Below, piece after piece: positions 25,350 to 40,559 of a DNA stretch of 64,000 nt. The translations under genes and the position numbers were made by a program. The DNA comes from Octopus sinensis (taxonomy: Eukaryota), in NCBI RefSeq assembly GCF_006345805.1, contig NC_042997.1:101556001-101620000 (forward strand). Reading direction: 5' to 3'. The notes beneath the pieces are model-generated. The model was not told the DNA's origin and did no database searches. It saw only the letters and a program-made list of their open reading frames with translations. The first letter of the stretch is position 1. Each line of letters starts with the position of its first letter.

Positions 25350-26324
25350 GAGAGTCAGAATTTCATCCAAAATTACTTGATTTTCCAAAAGTTCCTTCTT
25401 AGAACTATAATAACTAATATCCACCAAAATAAATGTTTGGAATGCATTATGGAAAATGTTTCGAACTTGAAATAGGAACATAGTCGAAGTTAAACATTTT
25501 AGAAGAACTTACTTCCTGGCTGGTAATTCTTTTAGAATCTAACACTGTTGTAATAGATTTAGAGACAAACTTTTCCTTTTGTGTAACCTCTGTAATCAAA
25601 CAAACTAACAAATTCTTTCTGCAAGGTAGCTACAATTTCTTTTTTTGACAAGCACAAATGATATCTCAGTCACTTAAAATACTCAATAATGGATTATTAA
25701 TATTTCTAATGCACAAACAACTTCATACCCAATATACTTAATTATATTTGTTAACACTCTATTAACATGTTTTCTTTGTTGCTTTTGTTGTTGGATATTA
25801 CTTACATACGTGCACTTTTATGTTAACATATTCTATTTCTAGACAATTTCATTCCCATTTGACTAACATGTTCCCAAAATATGCACATTCAAATAATTTA
25901 TGCAGTACTAAAATTTTACATTCAAAAATATTTTGCCTTAATGTACACAGGCACACCCACCTACATGCAACACACATACACTCACTCACACACATGCAAA
26001 CAGACATTCTATGTTGCCAGCATATAAAAAGGCTTTTCACTGTTATTGAATGTATCAAAACGTTGCCTTGTATCTAATGCAACTATATCTCTATTATGAT
26101 AGGAGGCCAGTATTGTAGTCTAGGGAACTAGATAAGCATAAGTCCACTAGGTACAATAATTGTTACTAATAATAAAATATTGAAAACAAGCCAAATTATC
26201 ACAGTCTGTCAGCACAAACTTATGCAAAGATGTTAACACTACATCCGTACTTAGGTTGTGGAGGTGACATCATCTCATTCTACTTCCTTCCCCAGCATAT
26301 TTACCCTATACCTCTCTTTACTTG

Positions 26325-26617
26325 TTTCAGTCATTTGACTGTGGTCATGCTGCAGCACTGCCTTTTAGTCGAGCAAATCATTCCCAAGACTTATTCTTTG
26401 TAAGCCTAGTACTTATTCTATCAGTCTCTTTCACTGAACTACTAAGTTATGGGGACGTAAACACACCAGCATCGGTTGTCAAGCGATGTTGGGGATGACA
26501 AACACAGACGGACAAATGTATACACACACATACATATATATGATGGGCTTCTTTCAGTTTCCGTCTACCAAATCCACTCACAAGGCTTTGGTCAGCCTGA
26601 GGCTATAGTAAAAGACA

Positions 26618-26618
<1 letters not shown>
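26325..26618 (-). mobile_element. SINE family A, truncated
   Basis: Reverse-complement match to 14673-15125. Confidence 0.8.
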
Positions 26619-26657
<39 letters not shown>

Positions 26658-26727
26658 CAGATAAATTCCTCTATTTACATAATATCGAGGTATCTTTCAT
26701 TCTTTTGTTGTCTTACCATTTTTATCA

Positions 26728-26760
<33 letters not shown>

Positions 26761-29440
26761 ATATATATATATTACATTATTTAATGAATACATTACCTTT
26801 AAGAAACATTTTTTAATTATCTAAATGAAAATTCTCCCAGAAACTTGAAAGGTATATTAAACTTCCATCTGCCTGTCAGCTAATTGCAATGAGTAGATGA
26901 CAGCAAAAGCATACCAGCAATCAGTATAGATACAATTTCCTCTGTATTTCACGAAACTTGTTACATTTTGTTTGTTTGTTTTTTTTTTCCACAAAATCTA
27001 CTTGTAAAATAGGGGTGCATCTTATAGGCTGGCAAATATAGTAGTTATAAAACTTATACACATATAAATCAATTAGTAGTGTTAAAACTATCTATATGAA
27101 AAATTATTTTTTATATTTTGTGATTTATAACTTAAAGATAAAATCTAGAATTACAATATTATATATGTATACATATATGCATATCGTATATATATGTATG
27201 TAATAGTATTAAAACTTATGATTTCATTCAAATCTATGAAGCCTGTCATTTGAAATGATGGCATGATATGTATGGCTTTTCTAAGAATAGACCAACATAA
27301 GTAAAATTAATCCAATTAGAAACATCTAAAATATGTATAGGTATGGTAATTTTTTTTTTTACTTATCTATGATTTCTTTTAATCTCTCTCTCTCTCTCTC
27401 TCTCTTCTCCTCTTCCATAAATATATATATAATTTATCTGTAAATCATATGCCTATGAATGCATATATAATACATCTATATATTTCTGTAACTACAGTAC
27501 TATGACGTTAGATGTATGTGAATGAATCTCTTAAACAAATTTGAATTAACATATGTTTAATATTAAACATACATTTAGAATGTTGATTAACTGTACACAT
27601 GAATGTGTGTGTATGTAGATATATAGATATATATATATGACTAGATAGAAAACCAGGCAGTCAGACATAGACAGATGTGTGTGTCTTTATATCTACAAGT
27701 GTGTGCATTAAATATACACATTATTATATTCAGATGTATCTATTAGTCTGTGCATATCCTTCATTTGTGGGGTCTTCATATTTAACTCAAATATTTATTT
27801 CTGCTTTATCACATGAAACTTGGCTACAGTAATATGAAAGCCTTGAAGTGTTACAAGCAGGCATTATTATGCAAGTAAATTCCAAGTTTCAGTTTTTATC
27901 TGAGCAGCAGAATAGCAGAGCTACACATATTTTACACACACATACACACACGTAAGTGTGTGTGTGTATGTGATTTTTATTTGTATGTATGTGTAAATTC
28001 ATGTGTATCATCATTATGTCTGCATTCCTATGGTTGGATAAGTCCTCCCCAACACTTCATTTCACAATTAGTTGCATGCTTTTTAAATCCCTTTCGTGCA
28101 GCTTTCATTATTTCTGACAATGACACTATTGGTTTCCCTCTGCCATAATTACCTTCCACTTGGATCTCTTGGCACACTTTTACCCATATGTTATCCTCCA
28201 TACACATTGAATGTCTCTAATAATGCAGTTACCTTTCTTTTTAACTAGTTTTTTTTTTTTTTTTCCTGTTCCTCTATATCACATTGCTCTTACACACCAA
28301 ACATTACACATTGCGTGAAGCATATTTACTTCATCTCTCTTCAACTTTCTTTTCTGTTCTGTATTTGGATCCCATCTCTCACTACCATGTGACATTGCAT
28401 TTCATACACAAAGGATATACAATCTACTCTTCACTCAAAACAAAAAAAAAGACCTTTTTGTCACCATTCTGTATATATATGTGTGTGTGAATGAGTGGTG
28501 TGTGTGTGTGTATGTATGTGTGCATATGTATATATATATTTACGTACATATATATCATCATCATCATCATCCTTTAACATGTGTTTTTCATGCTGGCATG
28601 GGTTAGACTTGTATGCATATATACATATGTTTGTATGGATGCATCTATGTACACACACACACACACACATACACATACAGAGAGGAAATTGACAAGTAAT
28701 CTTCATGCTTAATAAGAGAAATATCAGCTGTATCAAACAGAGTGTAATCGCATTTAGAAATTTATTCATGAACCCTTACAGATATCAATCTGTTTCACAT
28801 GAAGCCAAAGCTGATTAACAGTGAAAAGTAAATTTTATATTACTTGTGTGAAGAGCACAAAAAAACTATGTTAGACACTTCAAATACTCTAATTAGTAAT
28901 TCAAAAGCTATTTCACACGTAAATATATTAAGTCAGAATGAACACATTTAGTAAAATTCTACCTACAATGGTTGAATATTGATCAATCTACATATAGATT
29001 ACTGTCAGAAATCATCAGTAATATGCCACTCAAGGTGCAAAGATATATATATATATATATCAATAACCCAAAATATACTTATATTCAAAATTATGTGTCA
29101 GTGCAGTCTTATACATATATAGTTACATTTTAATAAGTTAAAGAAATTGGATCATATATACATATATATTGAATGTCTTGTATGTGTATACATCTGTTTG
29201 TGTAAACATACACATATGTGTATATGCACTTGTACACACACACAAACACATGTTCTTCAGACAGTGATATGCAAGTGTACACCACATACTACTTCCTGTT
29301 CTTAAATAAGTTTGCAGTGATTGATCATAAATGTGGTCTGCAAATGGCAAATGGAGTGTGAGAACGAATGAGAGGAAATTACAGTAAACTTCTGCACATG
29401 CACTTTAGAAAACACCAGAAGCAATAATGATCATATATAT

Positions 29441-29748
29441 ATATAAAAGAACTTTTTTGCGTAATAAGATAAAAAAACCAAGGCTGTGTAGATATTAGAG
29501 GATTTATAGATAGATGGTCTTACAGCTGTTTCTAGGGTATTTATTAATAATATCCCTTCATCTGAGACGGTGTGAGAGGATAGTTATGTCATAGTTAGTT
29601 TAGATGTGATAACTATCCTCCCACACCGTCTCCGATGAAGGAATATTATTAATAAATATCCTAGAAACAGCTGTAAGACCTATATATAAATGCTCTAATA
29701 TCTACACAGCCTTGGTTTTTTATCTTTTTATGCAAAAAATTCTTATAT
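29441..29748. mobile_element. Fold-back element with two inverted arms of about 140 bp, each carrying a hammerhead-like motif (PLE pseudo-LTR-like)
   Basis: Arms 29441-29587 and 29609-29748 are near reverse complements with a 21-nt spacer, and the unit sits in TA-rich repeats. Confidence 0.8.
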
Positions 29749-30598
29749 ACACATGCTGACATAGAACCAACGTTGAACCCTTTATTCGCAATATTACCGA
29801 ATCTGGAACTTAATTATAGTCTGTCTATAGCACTTATTCAGCATTACCTGACACCTTTGGGTCTCAATGACACCATTATCTCTTATAACCTCAACTTCTC
29901 ACTATATATATATATACACACAATTTGGTCAAGTAACACAACACTGGCAGTGTCCTTGCATGAGAGTCATGACAGGTTTTCAGACTGCCAGGTAAAACTG
30001 TTTTCTTTCATCCTAGGAACTAAAATAAATATTCTAATTTTTCTTTCATTTGTTGCTCCTAATATACATATGTATCTAAAATCAAAGTTGTAACATTTCC
30101 TGCAGGATTCAAACATATATGTATATGTGTGTGCATACATGCATGTGTGTGTAAACATATAAAGAAAATTAATTACCATTACGATCACTAAGAAAAAGAG
30201 AACTCTATTGCTTTGTTGAGTAAACATTCTTTTTATGGAAATTCCAAAGTTCACTCCCTCATAGTGACCAGCAGTTTCATTCTGGGCTGGGAATTCTCAG
30301 TCTGACAATTCCCAGCTGGAGATTAAAAATAGCATGTCACTGTTAGGTTCTGAAGCTTCCAATAACCACAATATATATAGTATGCAGTTCGTACCTTTTG
30401 TATTTACACTTCAAGTTGCACCATGATGCACACTTCATAAATTTCTAACTACCAATCCAAGAGCTACTAGCTGCATTCAATACATAATTATACGCAATAA
30501 TTTAATGCGCAATTTAACATTTGCTTATGAGAAACACATACATGCACATATACATGTGTCTGTATATGTTTTATACATGTAATATATATATATGTGTG

Positions 30599-30647
<49 letters not shown>

Positions 30648-30822
30648 GTATATATATATATATTTATAAATCACCTGAAAAGTTAGAAGAGTAACTCAAG
30701 GGTCGAGAGTTTACAGTCTTATATATGTATATGACACACATATATATTAATATATGTGTATGTATGTATATATATACATGCACATGCATATATAAGAATA
30801 CAACTCTCTCTCTCTCTCTATA

Positions 30823-30866
<44 letters not shown>

Positions 30867-32145
30867 CCATATACATATATGTGTATTCATATCTATTTAT
30901 ATAGATAGATAGATAGATAGATAGATACACATATATATAAGCATACATATATACATATATATATATATACACACATATATATACATGCATATTTATATAT
31001 ATGTATATGTACACACGTATATGTACATATAAGCATGCTTATATATACATATATATGTATACATGTAATATATGTATATATATATATATATATTCAAGAT
31101 ACTCTGTCATACAAAATATCCAGCTATTCAAAGAATACAGTCTACTCTGCAAATCAACATTTAGTTCTCATTTGCTTAGTGTTGTTCTTTTTTTATTTTG
31201 TGTGCACACACACACACATGCACATGCAGACACACAAACATGAGATATGGATACATATGTATAGTAATTGTAGGTGACTTGTACCTGCATATACTTGTAA
31301 ACGAGAAAATTGTTCTATATAAATTCTAGATATTGGTATCTTTACTTTTTTTTTCTATTTGTTTGTATTTTCACACACACTTGCACTCCCTTATATCTCA
31401 TCATCATTATCATCATTTAATGTCTGTTTTCCATGCTGTCATGGGTTGAACGGTTTGACAGGAGCTGGCATGTCAAAAGACTATGCCAAGTTCTGTCTGC
31501 ATTGGTATGGTTTCTACAGCTAGATGCCCTTCCTAATGCTAACCACTTTATATGGTGTACTGAGTAGTTTTTACATGGCACCAGCAATAGTGAGGTCACC
31601 AAATAATTTACAAAACAAGACCCCCTCAGCTGAGATGGGAAGTAGTATTGCAGAGGGTGGCTTTGTGCCAGATAAGAGGTTAGACTATGAGTAGAGGTAC
31701 AGAAATATGTGTCTTGCAGTAAAGGAGATACATGGCTACTTCAGTATTAGAGAGAAAGGAGGAGGAAGAGTGGAGGGAGGGAGGGAGAAAATAGTCTGTG
31801 GTGGAGTACACTCAAGTTACAAGGAGGTGTATATAAGTGAAGTAAAGGGCCAAAGATTGGATAAGGTGAGTAGGTTATTGTGAAAGGGTATTGGGGACAG
31901 TGGGAAGGGAATGTAGTGAGTGGACGGAAATAGTGGGAGGGGGTTTTAGGAGGATTTTGTGGGAAAGAGATTCCACAAGGGTGGTTGGGAGATAGAGGGG
32001 TGGGGGTACACCAGATGGTGGGCGTGGTTGGGGGAAGGGGGTGCTGAGAGGATGGGATATGGGGGAGAGGTTTGTCAAGAAAAGATTGTCTGCAAGGTAG
32101 GGGAAAATGGATATATATATATATATATATAAACATATCTATATA

Positions 32146-32194
<49 letters not shown>

Positions 32195-32963
32195 CAGGCT
32201 TGTCCTTTACAGGTGCTGGTGCTGTATGATGCATCCATGCCAGTGGCACATAAAAAGCACCCAGCACATTCTGTAAAGTGGTTGGCATTAGGAAAGGCAT
32301 CCAACTGTAGAAACTATGCCACAACAGACAATTTGGAGTTTGGACCACTTCCTGGTTGGCCAGCTCTTGTCTAACTGTCCAGCTCATGCCAGCATGGAAA
32401 ACGGACATTAAACGATGATGATAATATACTGTGGACATCATAAGAATTTAAAAAGTTCGAGAGAAGATGAAGTAATAGAGTAATTCTTTTTTGGTGGGAA
32501 ACAGTGAATCTCAGACTAGACAAAGTTATGAAAAAAAACATGTAAGCATATCATGTTTAGAGATGTAAGTCTGAGTCCCATGGGTAGCCTTTGACTTTTT
32601 CTGTCCAAAAGGGTTTCCAGCCCAATATTTACATGCTATTATTTATAGCTGTATCTGTTTTGGGTTTCACCATTCCAAAAATGAATTATTTCATCTCTAG
32701 AACTTTCTAAATTCTTACGACATCAACAACATGCAGTTCTCGTTGGCAAGAATATAATTTCTAAAATGGATTGAGAAATTTGAAGGATAGTTTTGGTCTT
32801 CACTGGTAGAACACCTTTCATGTTTACAGATGTTGGTTCGAGTTTTATGGGCAGCCTTCAACATTTTCTGTTCAAAGAGTTTTAAAAGAATTTTTTTTTA
32901 ATGCACTAGTTAGTTACATGCTATAATTTAGAACTTTATCTGCTTGAAAATTCAGTTTCAAAA

Positions 32964-33277
32964 AAGAATCATACACACCTACACACACGTATACATGAAC
33001 CCTTATGTATTAGGTTAGAATTGTGTGTGTAGGTAGGTATATATGCAGTGTTATTATGAGAGGCTGGTGAATGTGGAGAATGCATGTATGTATGTCTGAA
33101 TTTCTTTTGTAAGAAAAAAAAGAATCATACACATCTACCCACACATATACATGAACACATATGTATTAGGTTAGAATTGTGTGTGTGTGTGTATGTAGGT
33201 ATATATGCAGTGTTATTATAAGAGGCTGGTGAATGTGGAGAATGCATTTATGTATGTCTGAATTTCTTTTGTAAGAA
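32964..33277. repeat. Tandem duplication of a unit of about 155 bp
   Basis: AAAGAATCATACACA...TTTCTTTTGTAAGAA occurs twice head-to-tail. Confidence 0.9.
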
Positions 33278-33889
33278 TTTTGGTTTGTTATCATTTATTG
33301 CAAACAATATTGTTAAATTTTGGAAAAGTCATATAATTAAAGCTTATAAAGACACTTGAATGCCTATATTTTTTTTCCCATTTACCCCCAAAATTTTTTC
33401 CTTCACATTAATCCTTTGGCCACAGGATTGATATGTCGAAAAAGCTTTGTTGAAAGCATAAATAAATACAAATGTCCATCAATATCTGTATTTATAGGCT
33501 TTAATTGATACATCTCTTCCAAAACAGCAGTGTGTGAGTGTATATATGTATGTGCGTTTGTATGTGTATGTGTATACATATATGTATGTGTGTATATATA
33601 TATGTTTAGATGCTGTTGTTGCCACTGACTGTTATCTGTTAATATAAATATATAGATATATGCATATGTGTATACATACATACAAGCATATTTGTGTTTG
33701 TGTGTATATATATATATAAGTACATATACAAGATCACTCAATATTAATTATTTAGTGATCCATCAGTTTAATGTTAAACTGTTGTTATGTATAACTTACT
33801 TAAAAACAAACATTATATATATATATATATCTTATTGTCATTGTCATCATCATCATTCAATGCCTATGTTCCAAGGTGGAAGTTGGGAG

Positions 33890-34330
33890 CATTATCAAAT
33901 GGCTAGAAGAGCAGCTAGGTGACAGGTATATTTGGCTACGGGTGAAGCAAAAAAAAAAAGAGATTTGCACATGTCTTAGATTGTGAAGATCAAAGGCATG
34001 AAGTGTCCAGAACTGCAAAGCAGTGTTTAAGAGAAAGCCAAATCATCATTGGCAAGAAGTGTGAGAAGCTGGTGAATGTGGGGAAAAGCATGGGATAAAA
34101 AGGGGCTATGTCATGCTCACCCTACAGAGGGACCAGCAATTCAAATTGATAGTAGCTTGTTAGATAAAGTGATTAAGGACATGAGAAGGAGATCTGCAAA
34201 TCCATCAGGGATAATTGCAGAAATCCTCAAAATATTTGATGAGATAGGATACCTGATCACCTGGATAGTTAATTAAGTAATACAGGAGAGTGTCATATCC
34301 AATGATTGATGCAGCAGTATCATCATACAA
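33890..34330 (+). pseudogene. Decayed internal RTE fragment (pre-RT region)
   Basis: PTEGPAIQIDSSLLDKVIKDM...PSGIIAEILK...VN*VIQESVISND*CSSII is colinear with the 1-1944 protein. Confidence 0.8.
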
Positions 34331-35169
34331 TATAGATGTAACAGGCTGGAATTGTCTTTGAGCATATTCAAGGAATGATCAAAATTAGTAGACTGTGTTA
34401 AATGTTTGTTTCTAAGTAAATTTTCAATTAGCTTTATAAAAATGGTTGGGTTATTATATATTTTCTGTTCTGGTGTATGTGATGTGTTTCTAACAAAACA
34501 TTCTGATATACTTATGTGTGCATGTATGTACTTATCTCTGGGTTTGTGTATTTTTCACTTGTTAGTAATATCTTGTACTTAATGTGTATTTGTTTTTTGT
34601 ACTTGTCCTTTACATATCTGTCATGTATTTACATATTTTTCATTTGCTGGTGATGTTCTGTACTTAATGTGTACATTTAATTATATGTATGTATGTACGT
34701 ACATATACATACACACCCACATGCACACCCACACAGATAAGGCAACTCATATCCGTACATGCACATTCCAATGTATGATTATATACATACCTTGTAGTTC
34801 CATAAATATTTGCATAGATATGTGTATATAAAACATTGACATGCACATATATATGCATCCCCATACACATACACTCACAGACACACATATACACATACAT
34901 ATAAACTCATATGTGCATGAATTGGTCCATTACCCCTCTTCATACAACCCTTTGTTTTTCTGTGAAACACATTTACACTAAACCTAATTTGCATATGTAT
35001 CATTCCACCCATCAGATGGACATTCCACACAAAACAAAATCCCACTGTACATTAAACTTCAAATACTAAATTAAATCGCACTTTTATGATGGTAAGCTGA
35101 GGCTTCAAAGTCTCCATCAACCTTTTTGTTATAAAACAAAAACACACACACTTATATAAAGCTAAACAG

Positions 35170-35250
<81 letters not shown>

Positions 35251-36806
35251 GTATGTGTGTATGTATGTATGTATGTATATACATGTGTGTATGTTTGTAT
35301 GTGTTTATTTAAGACATTGACAACTATGTTTTATTAGGCAGATTAAAATGTTTGCTATGAAAAGCATTTAATGTGTTAATCTCCACAAACTGTAAAATCC
35401 ACAATCTGGTTTTACTTTCTGGTTTGATTGACTTTACTTGCTACCATAGTTCTCTTACAATAGTCAATTTTACTCCACCTGTTAATGTTTTCCCTTCCCT
35501 CATGACTCATAGCCATATGCTTTCATACCTGATTAAGATATACTCTTAATCATCAGCATCATCACCAACACCTTTCCAGCTGCTTCTGTTACTCCTGCTG
35601 CTTTATGTACTTTACAAATTGTCAAGGATGTCTGACAGATTAACAGATAACCAAATGTTCAGAAACTTTCTAGAGTAGTCAGAGCTTCTATCAGCTGAAG
35701 TCTTTCAATTGCTAAAACATCTCATTAAATAGTTCACACTTTTTTGTTATCTCTGTGACCAAACTAGTGTTGGGAGATTGTCCTACTGAGAGCATGGCTG
35801 GTAGAAGAAGAAAGCTATAGCAAGTAGCATTTCATTTGAAACAGTACACTATGGCAGTGAAATGGGTTTTGAACATTGAATATGGAATATCTGGAGTGAC
35901 TGGAAGAAAAAATTAAGTAAAAGTGTGCCCATTCATTATATAACGCTAACTAGAATGAATGACAGAACACTAGGATGTAGAATAAGTAGCTGAGTATTAA
36001 AAGCATTAACTGAGCTGGGTGTGTGTGTGTGTGTGTGTGTCTATCTATCTTCTGCCACATCATACCTATTCCTGCTCCTCTATTATACTTCAGCCTCACA
36101 ACAATTGGCATAAACTCCCATTCTGCTAGACCCTTTCTCAGATGAGAGTGTTCTTTAGTTTTGTGAGTTACATGGTAATCAATCTCATTAGGGCTAGTGC
36201 CACAAATAAAGCACTCAGTACACTCTATAAAGTGGTTGGTGTTAGGAAGGGCATTCATCTATAGAAACCATGTCAAAACTGACTGCATCTGTCACATCCT
36301 CATCTCCCAACCTTCTCACAATTATCCCAAGCCTACACACCATTATTCCACACTACAACACATACCTGCACACCTCCACACAAACAAGAAACTTTATGCA
36401 CCCCTACCTCACACACACACACACAAACACACACACACTTCTCCCTATACCCATTTCTGTACCTTGATACCTTCCTATACATGCACATTCCATCCTGACC
36501 CCATACCCTTTTTTGTTGTTGTTTTTCTTATTCTTTTATTTTTTTCTGATGAGGAGCTAGTGCCCAAAATATCAGGACACTTTTCCTTCTTTTTAAGTAT
36601 TAAACTAATACAACATTTGTTAAGGCTTATCCCTCCTGTGTTGGCTTCTTTTTGAACTTTCTGTCTAATGTGTGTGTGTATGACGAAATTGAGATAGACT
36701 ACAACATAATCAAGACTAACTATAACAATTTTGAGCCCTGATGATGACAAATTTGAAGGTTAACCCTGTATTTATATATAATTGTGTATGTACATATACA
36801 TCATTG

Positions 36807-36899
<93 letters not shown>

Positions 36900-36932
36900 T
36901 ATATATATACACATACACATATGTATGCATAT

Positions 36933-36980
<48 letters not shown>

Positions 36981-37252
36981 ACATGTATGTATGTATGCAT
37001 ATATGTAATTAACTTTATGTTTGTGTTTGTGTATACATCATCATCATTGTTTAATGTCCACTTTTCCATGCTTACATGGATTAGAGAAAACTTATTAGAT
37101 ATAACCTGGACATGCTTTCACAGAGGATTACAAGCAACTCACAAATTATGTTGGTGACTTGTGCACAGATGTCATGACAAGAGGAACAGAGACACTTATA
37201 TATTTATATATCATATTATATATATTATATATACATTATATATATATATATC

Positions 37253-37968
37253 GACTGGCCTCCGTGCTGTGGGCACGCAACAAACACCATCCAATCGTGG
37301 CCGTTCGCCAGCCTCATCTGGCACCTGTGTCGGTGGCACATAAAAACACCATCCGAAGACCCGGCAAGACTAGTCAGGCCATAACCCGTGGCCCCTACCT
37401 GGGACGTAGTCAGTCCACCTGTGCATACCTTCCTTCTTGTGACACTTGTGAAGACCTGTTGAGGCAAGTGAAAATCAAATCAAATCAGAACAAATCAAAA
37501 TAGATGAACATCAATGGAATTTGTATCTTTGTGGTACCATTGCCGGTGGCACACAAGAAAATCATCCGAACGTGGCCGTAGCCAGTACCGTATAGACTGG
37601 CCTACGTGCTTTGGGGACGTAACAAACGCCGTCCGCCAGCCTCATCTGGCACCTGTGTCGGTGGCACATAAAAACACCATCCGAGCGTGGCCGTCTGCCA
37701 GCCTCGTCTGGCACCTGTGTCGGTGGCACATAAAAACACCATCCGAGCGTGGCCGTTCGCCAGCCTCGTCTGGCACCTGTGTCGGTGGCACATAAAATCA
37801 CCCACTACACTCTCGGAGTGGTTGGCGTTAGGAAGGGCATCCAGCTGTAGAAACACTGCCAGATCTGACTGGCCTGGTGCAGCCTTCGGGCTCCCCAGAC
37901 CCCTGTTGAACCGTCCAACCCATGCTAGCATGGAAAACGGACGCTAAATGATGATGATGATGATGATA
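37253..37968 (+). mobile_element. CpG-rich RTE 3'UTR copy with 62-bp tandem units and (GAT)n tail
   Basis: Units CAGCCTC(A/G)TCTGGCACCTGTGTCGGTGGCACATAAAA... start at 37637, 37699 and 37761 (the third is partial). The copy ends GAAAACGGACGCTAAATGATGATG. Confidence 0.88.
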
Positions 37969-38919
37969 TATTTATATAATTAGGGTTCAGCAAAAAAAAT
38001 TTACTTATATATATATTGTATTATATTGTATTATATATATATATGTTATATATATATATATTATGTTATATAAATTATATATTGATATATTATATATTTT
38101 ATAGTAAATATATATATGCATGCACACACACAATAGGCTTCTTTCTGGTTACCGTTTATCAAATTTTACTCACAACACAGACACACAAATGTATTTACGG
38201 AATATTAAGTTTTAAAGCTTATTGATTCATAGGATTAAGCATATCCACAGTTTGTCTTTGAACTCATAGAGAAGTAGATTTGGAATTATTTTGGTAAAAA
38301 CAAAAGAAGTAAGATACAAAAAAAAAACCCATGACTATGAAACTTTACTAATATGTTTATATTATATGAAAAGAAGCAGTGCTTACAATATTCCTACTTT
38401 TTTAATATAACATTCATTTATACATGAAATAAGACTCAGGTGCACATTAGTAAACTTGCTCTGCCACATGTTCATTCATAAAATGCAATATACTTATGTG
38501 TATAAGTATATGCTTATTCTGTCTACACTCTTGCTTTTGTGTTTGTCTATATGTTTGTGCATAGGAACATTCACTATGTGTGTCTGTCTGGCTGTTTCTG
38601 TGTTTTATCTGGGTTTGTGCATGGATATTTGCTATTAGAAATGTGTGAGTGTTTCCCGTATATGTGTACTTGTCTGTTTTTATATGTATATCTCCATGTC
38701 TGTGTGCACACACTTTACCTTTTATTGTCTCTCTTTTATGTATGGGCAGGAATTATTTTTTATCGATTTTAAAATTAAGATTTTTGTTTTGTTTTGTTTT
38801 AAGGGTTCCAAAGCCAAGAAATAATTTTAGGCAAAAGAGCTTCTATTTAAGAGTAGAGTAGATGAAACACTAATTAAAATTGTGGTATACACAAACACAC
38901 TTTTAATATATGTATATAT

Positions 38920-39160
38920 TGAAAGCCTTGTGAGTAGATTTGATTGACAGAAACTGAAAGAAGCCCGTTTTATATATGTGAGTGTGTGTCTGTGTTTGTC
39001 CCCCCACTATCGCTTGACAACTAATTTTGGTGTGTTTACATCCCTGTAACTTAGCAGTTTGGCAAAAGTGAGTGATAGACAACGAATAAGTCCCCTGGCC
39101 AATTTGTTCAACTAAAGGTATTGCTACAGCATGACCGCAGTCAAATGACTGAAACATATA
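38920..39160 (+). mobile_element. SINE family A, 5'-truncated
   Basis: Matches the body and tail of 14673-15125. Confidence 0.75.
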
Positions 39161-39174
39161 TATATATATATACA

Positions 39175-39213
<39 letters not shown>

Positions 39214-39406
39214 TATAGGTATAGGCATGCCTATGTGATTAACAACTGTGCTTTGCAATCATGTGGTTTATAGAAATATATACACACACACACATATATA
39301 CACACATACATACACATACATATATATACATACATATGTATATACATGTGTATATATGTGTGTGTGTGTATTTATATGCATTCATTTCTATCCACATCTT
39401 TAAGCA

Positions 39407-39478
<72 letters not shown>

Positions 39479-40104
39479 GAATCTTCATCCTTATTCTCTC
39501 CTATATTCACTTTCTTGTACCTTGAGAGCATACCCTGACACCCTCATCACTACCATCATTTTCCTCATTCCAGCTGCAGTAACCATGTATCTCCTTCACA
39601 GGCAGAGACTTGTTTCTGCCTGCCTTTTAACAACTAGTATAAAACCATCTCCCTTAATACGACACACCCACTTAGTTGATAGGTCTTGTTTTGTGAGTTA
39701 CTTGGTAACATCATTAATATAAGTACTATGGAAAATGCACCCAGTACACTCTGTAAAACGGTTGGTATTAGGAAGGTCATACAGCCATAGGAATCATGCA
39801 AAAAGCAAACTTTTGAGCTTGATGCAACCTTCTAGCTCATAATAATTGTGTGTGTGTGCGTGTGTATGTATATATGTGTGTGTGTGTGTGTGTGTATATA
39901 TATGTATATGTATATATTTTTTTATATATATATATATAGGTATGTGTGTATGTATGTGTATACTTTATAATTAGGGTTCAGCAAAGATATATGTGTGTAT
40001 ATATATGTATATGTATATATTTTTTTATATATATATATATAGGTATGTGTGTATGTATGTGTATACTTTATAATTAGGGTTCAGCAAAGATATATGTGTG
40101 TATA

Positions 40105-40147
<43 letters not shown>

Positions 40148-40559
40148 ATATATATGTATGTATATATGTATGTATATATATATGTATGTATATATGTATA
40201 TATATATATGTATGTATATATATATATATATGTATGTGTATATGTCTATATAGGTATATGCATTTATGTCTTCCATATTAACCTTGTACCTTGAGAGTTT
40301 GCCCTGGCAACCCATCACTACCATCTTCATACTTTTCCCAGTTAATACAACTCACCCTTATATAATGTGTTGTAGCCATATATCTCCACCATAGCAAGAC
40401 ATTTGTGCTTTTCCCTACATCATACTTCAGCCTTTTAGCTCCAGGATTAGAGCCAACCCTCCCTCCCTCATACTCCCCTCCCCACCACCTAGTTGTAGGG
40501 TCTTTTTATCCTTTTCTGTTCTTTTTATGCCTTGCATCTTGTTCTGCAACCTCACGGTG

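Noticed and set aside
30286-30316. 10-bp hairpin GCTGGGAATT/AATTCCCAGC
   Set aside because: Too short for a pre-miRNA and compatible with chance.
30560-31300. Numerous YI/HT/SL/ER-rich ORFs here and at 36.7-37.0, 39.3-40.3, 47.7-48.1 and 49.1-49.5 kb
   Set aside because: Translations of di- and trinucleotide microsatellites.
37637-37800. Regular repeats superficially like a CRISPR array
   Set aside because: Contiguous 62-bp units without unique spacers, inside a LINE 3'UTR, with no cas genes and a eukaryotic context.
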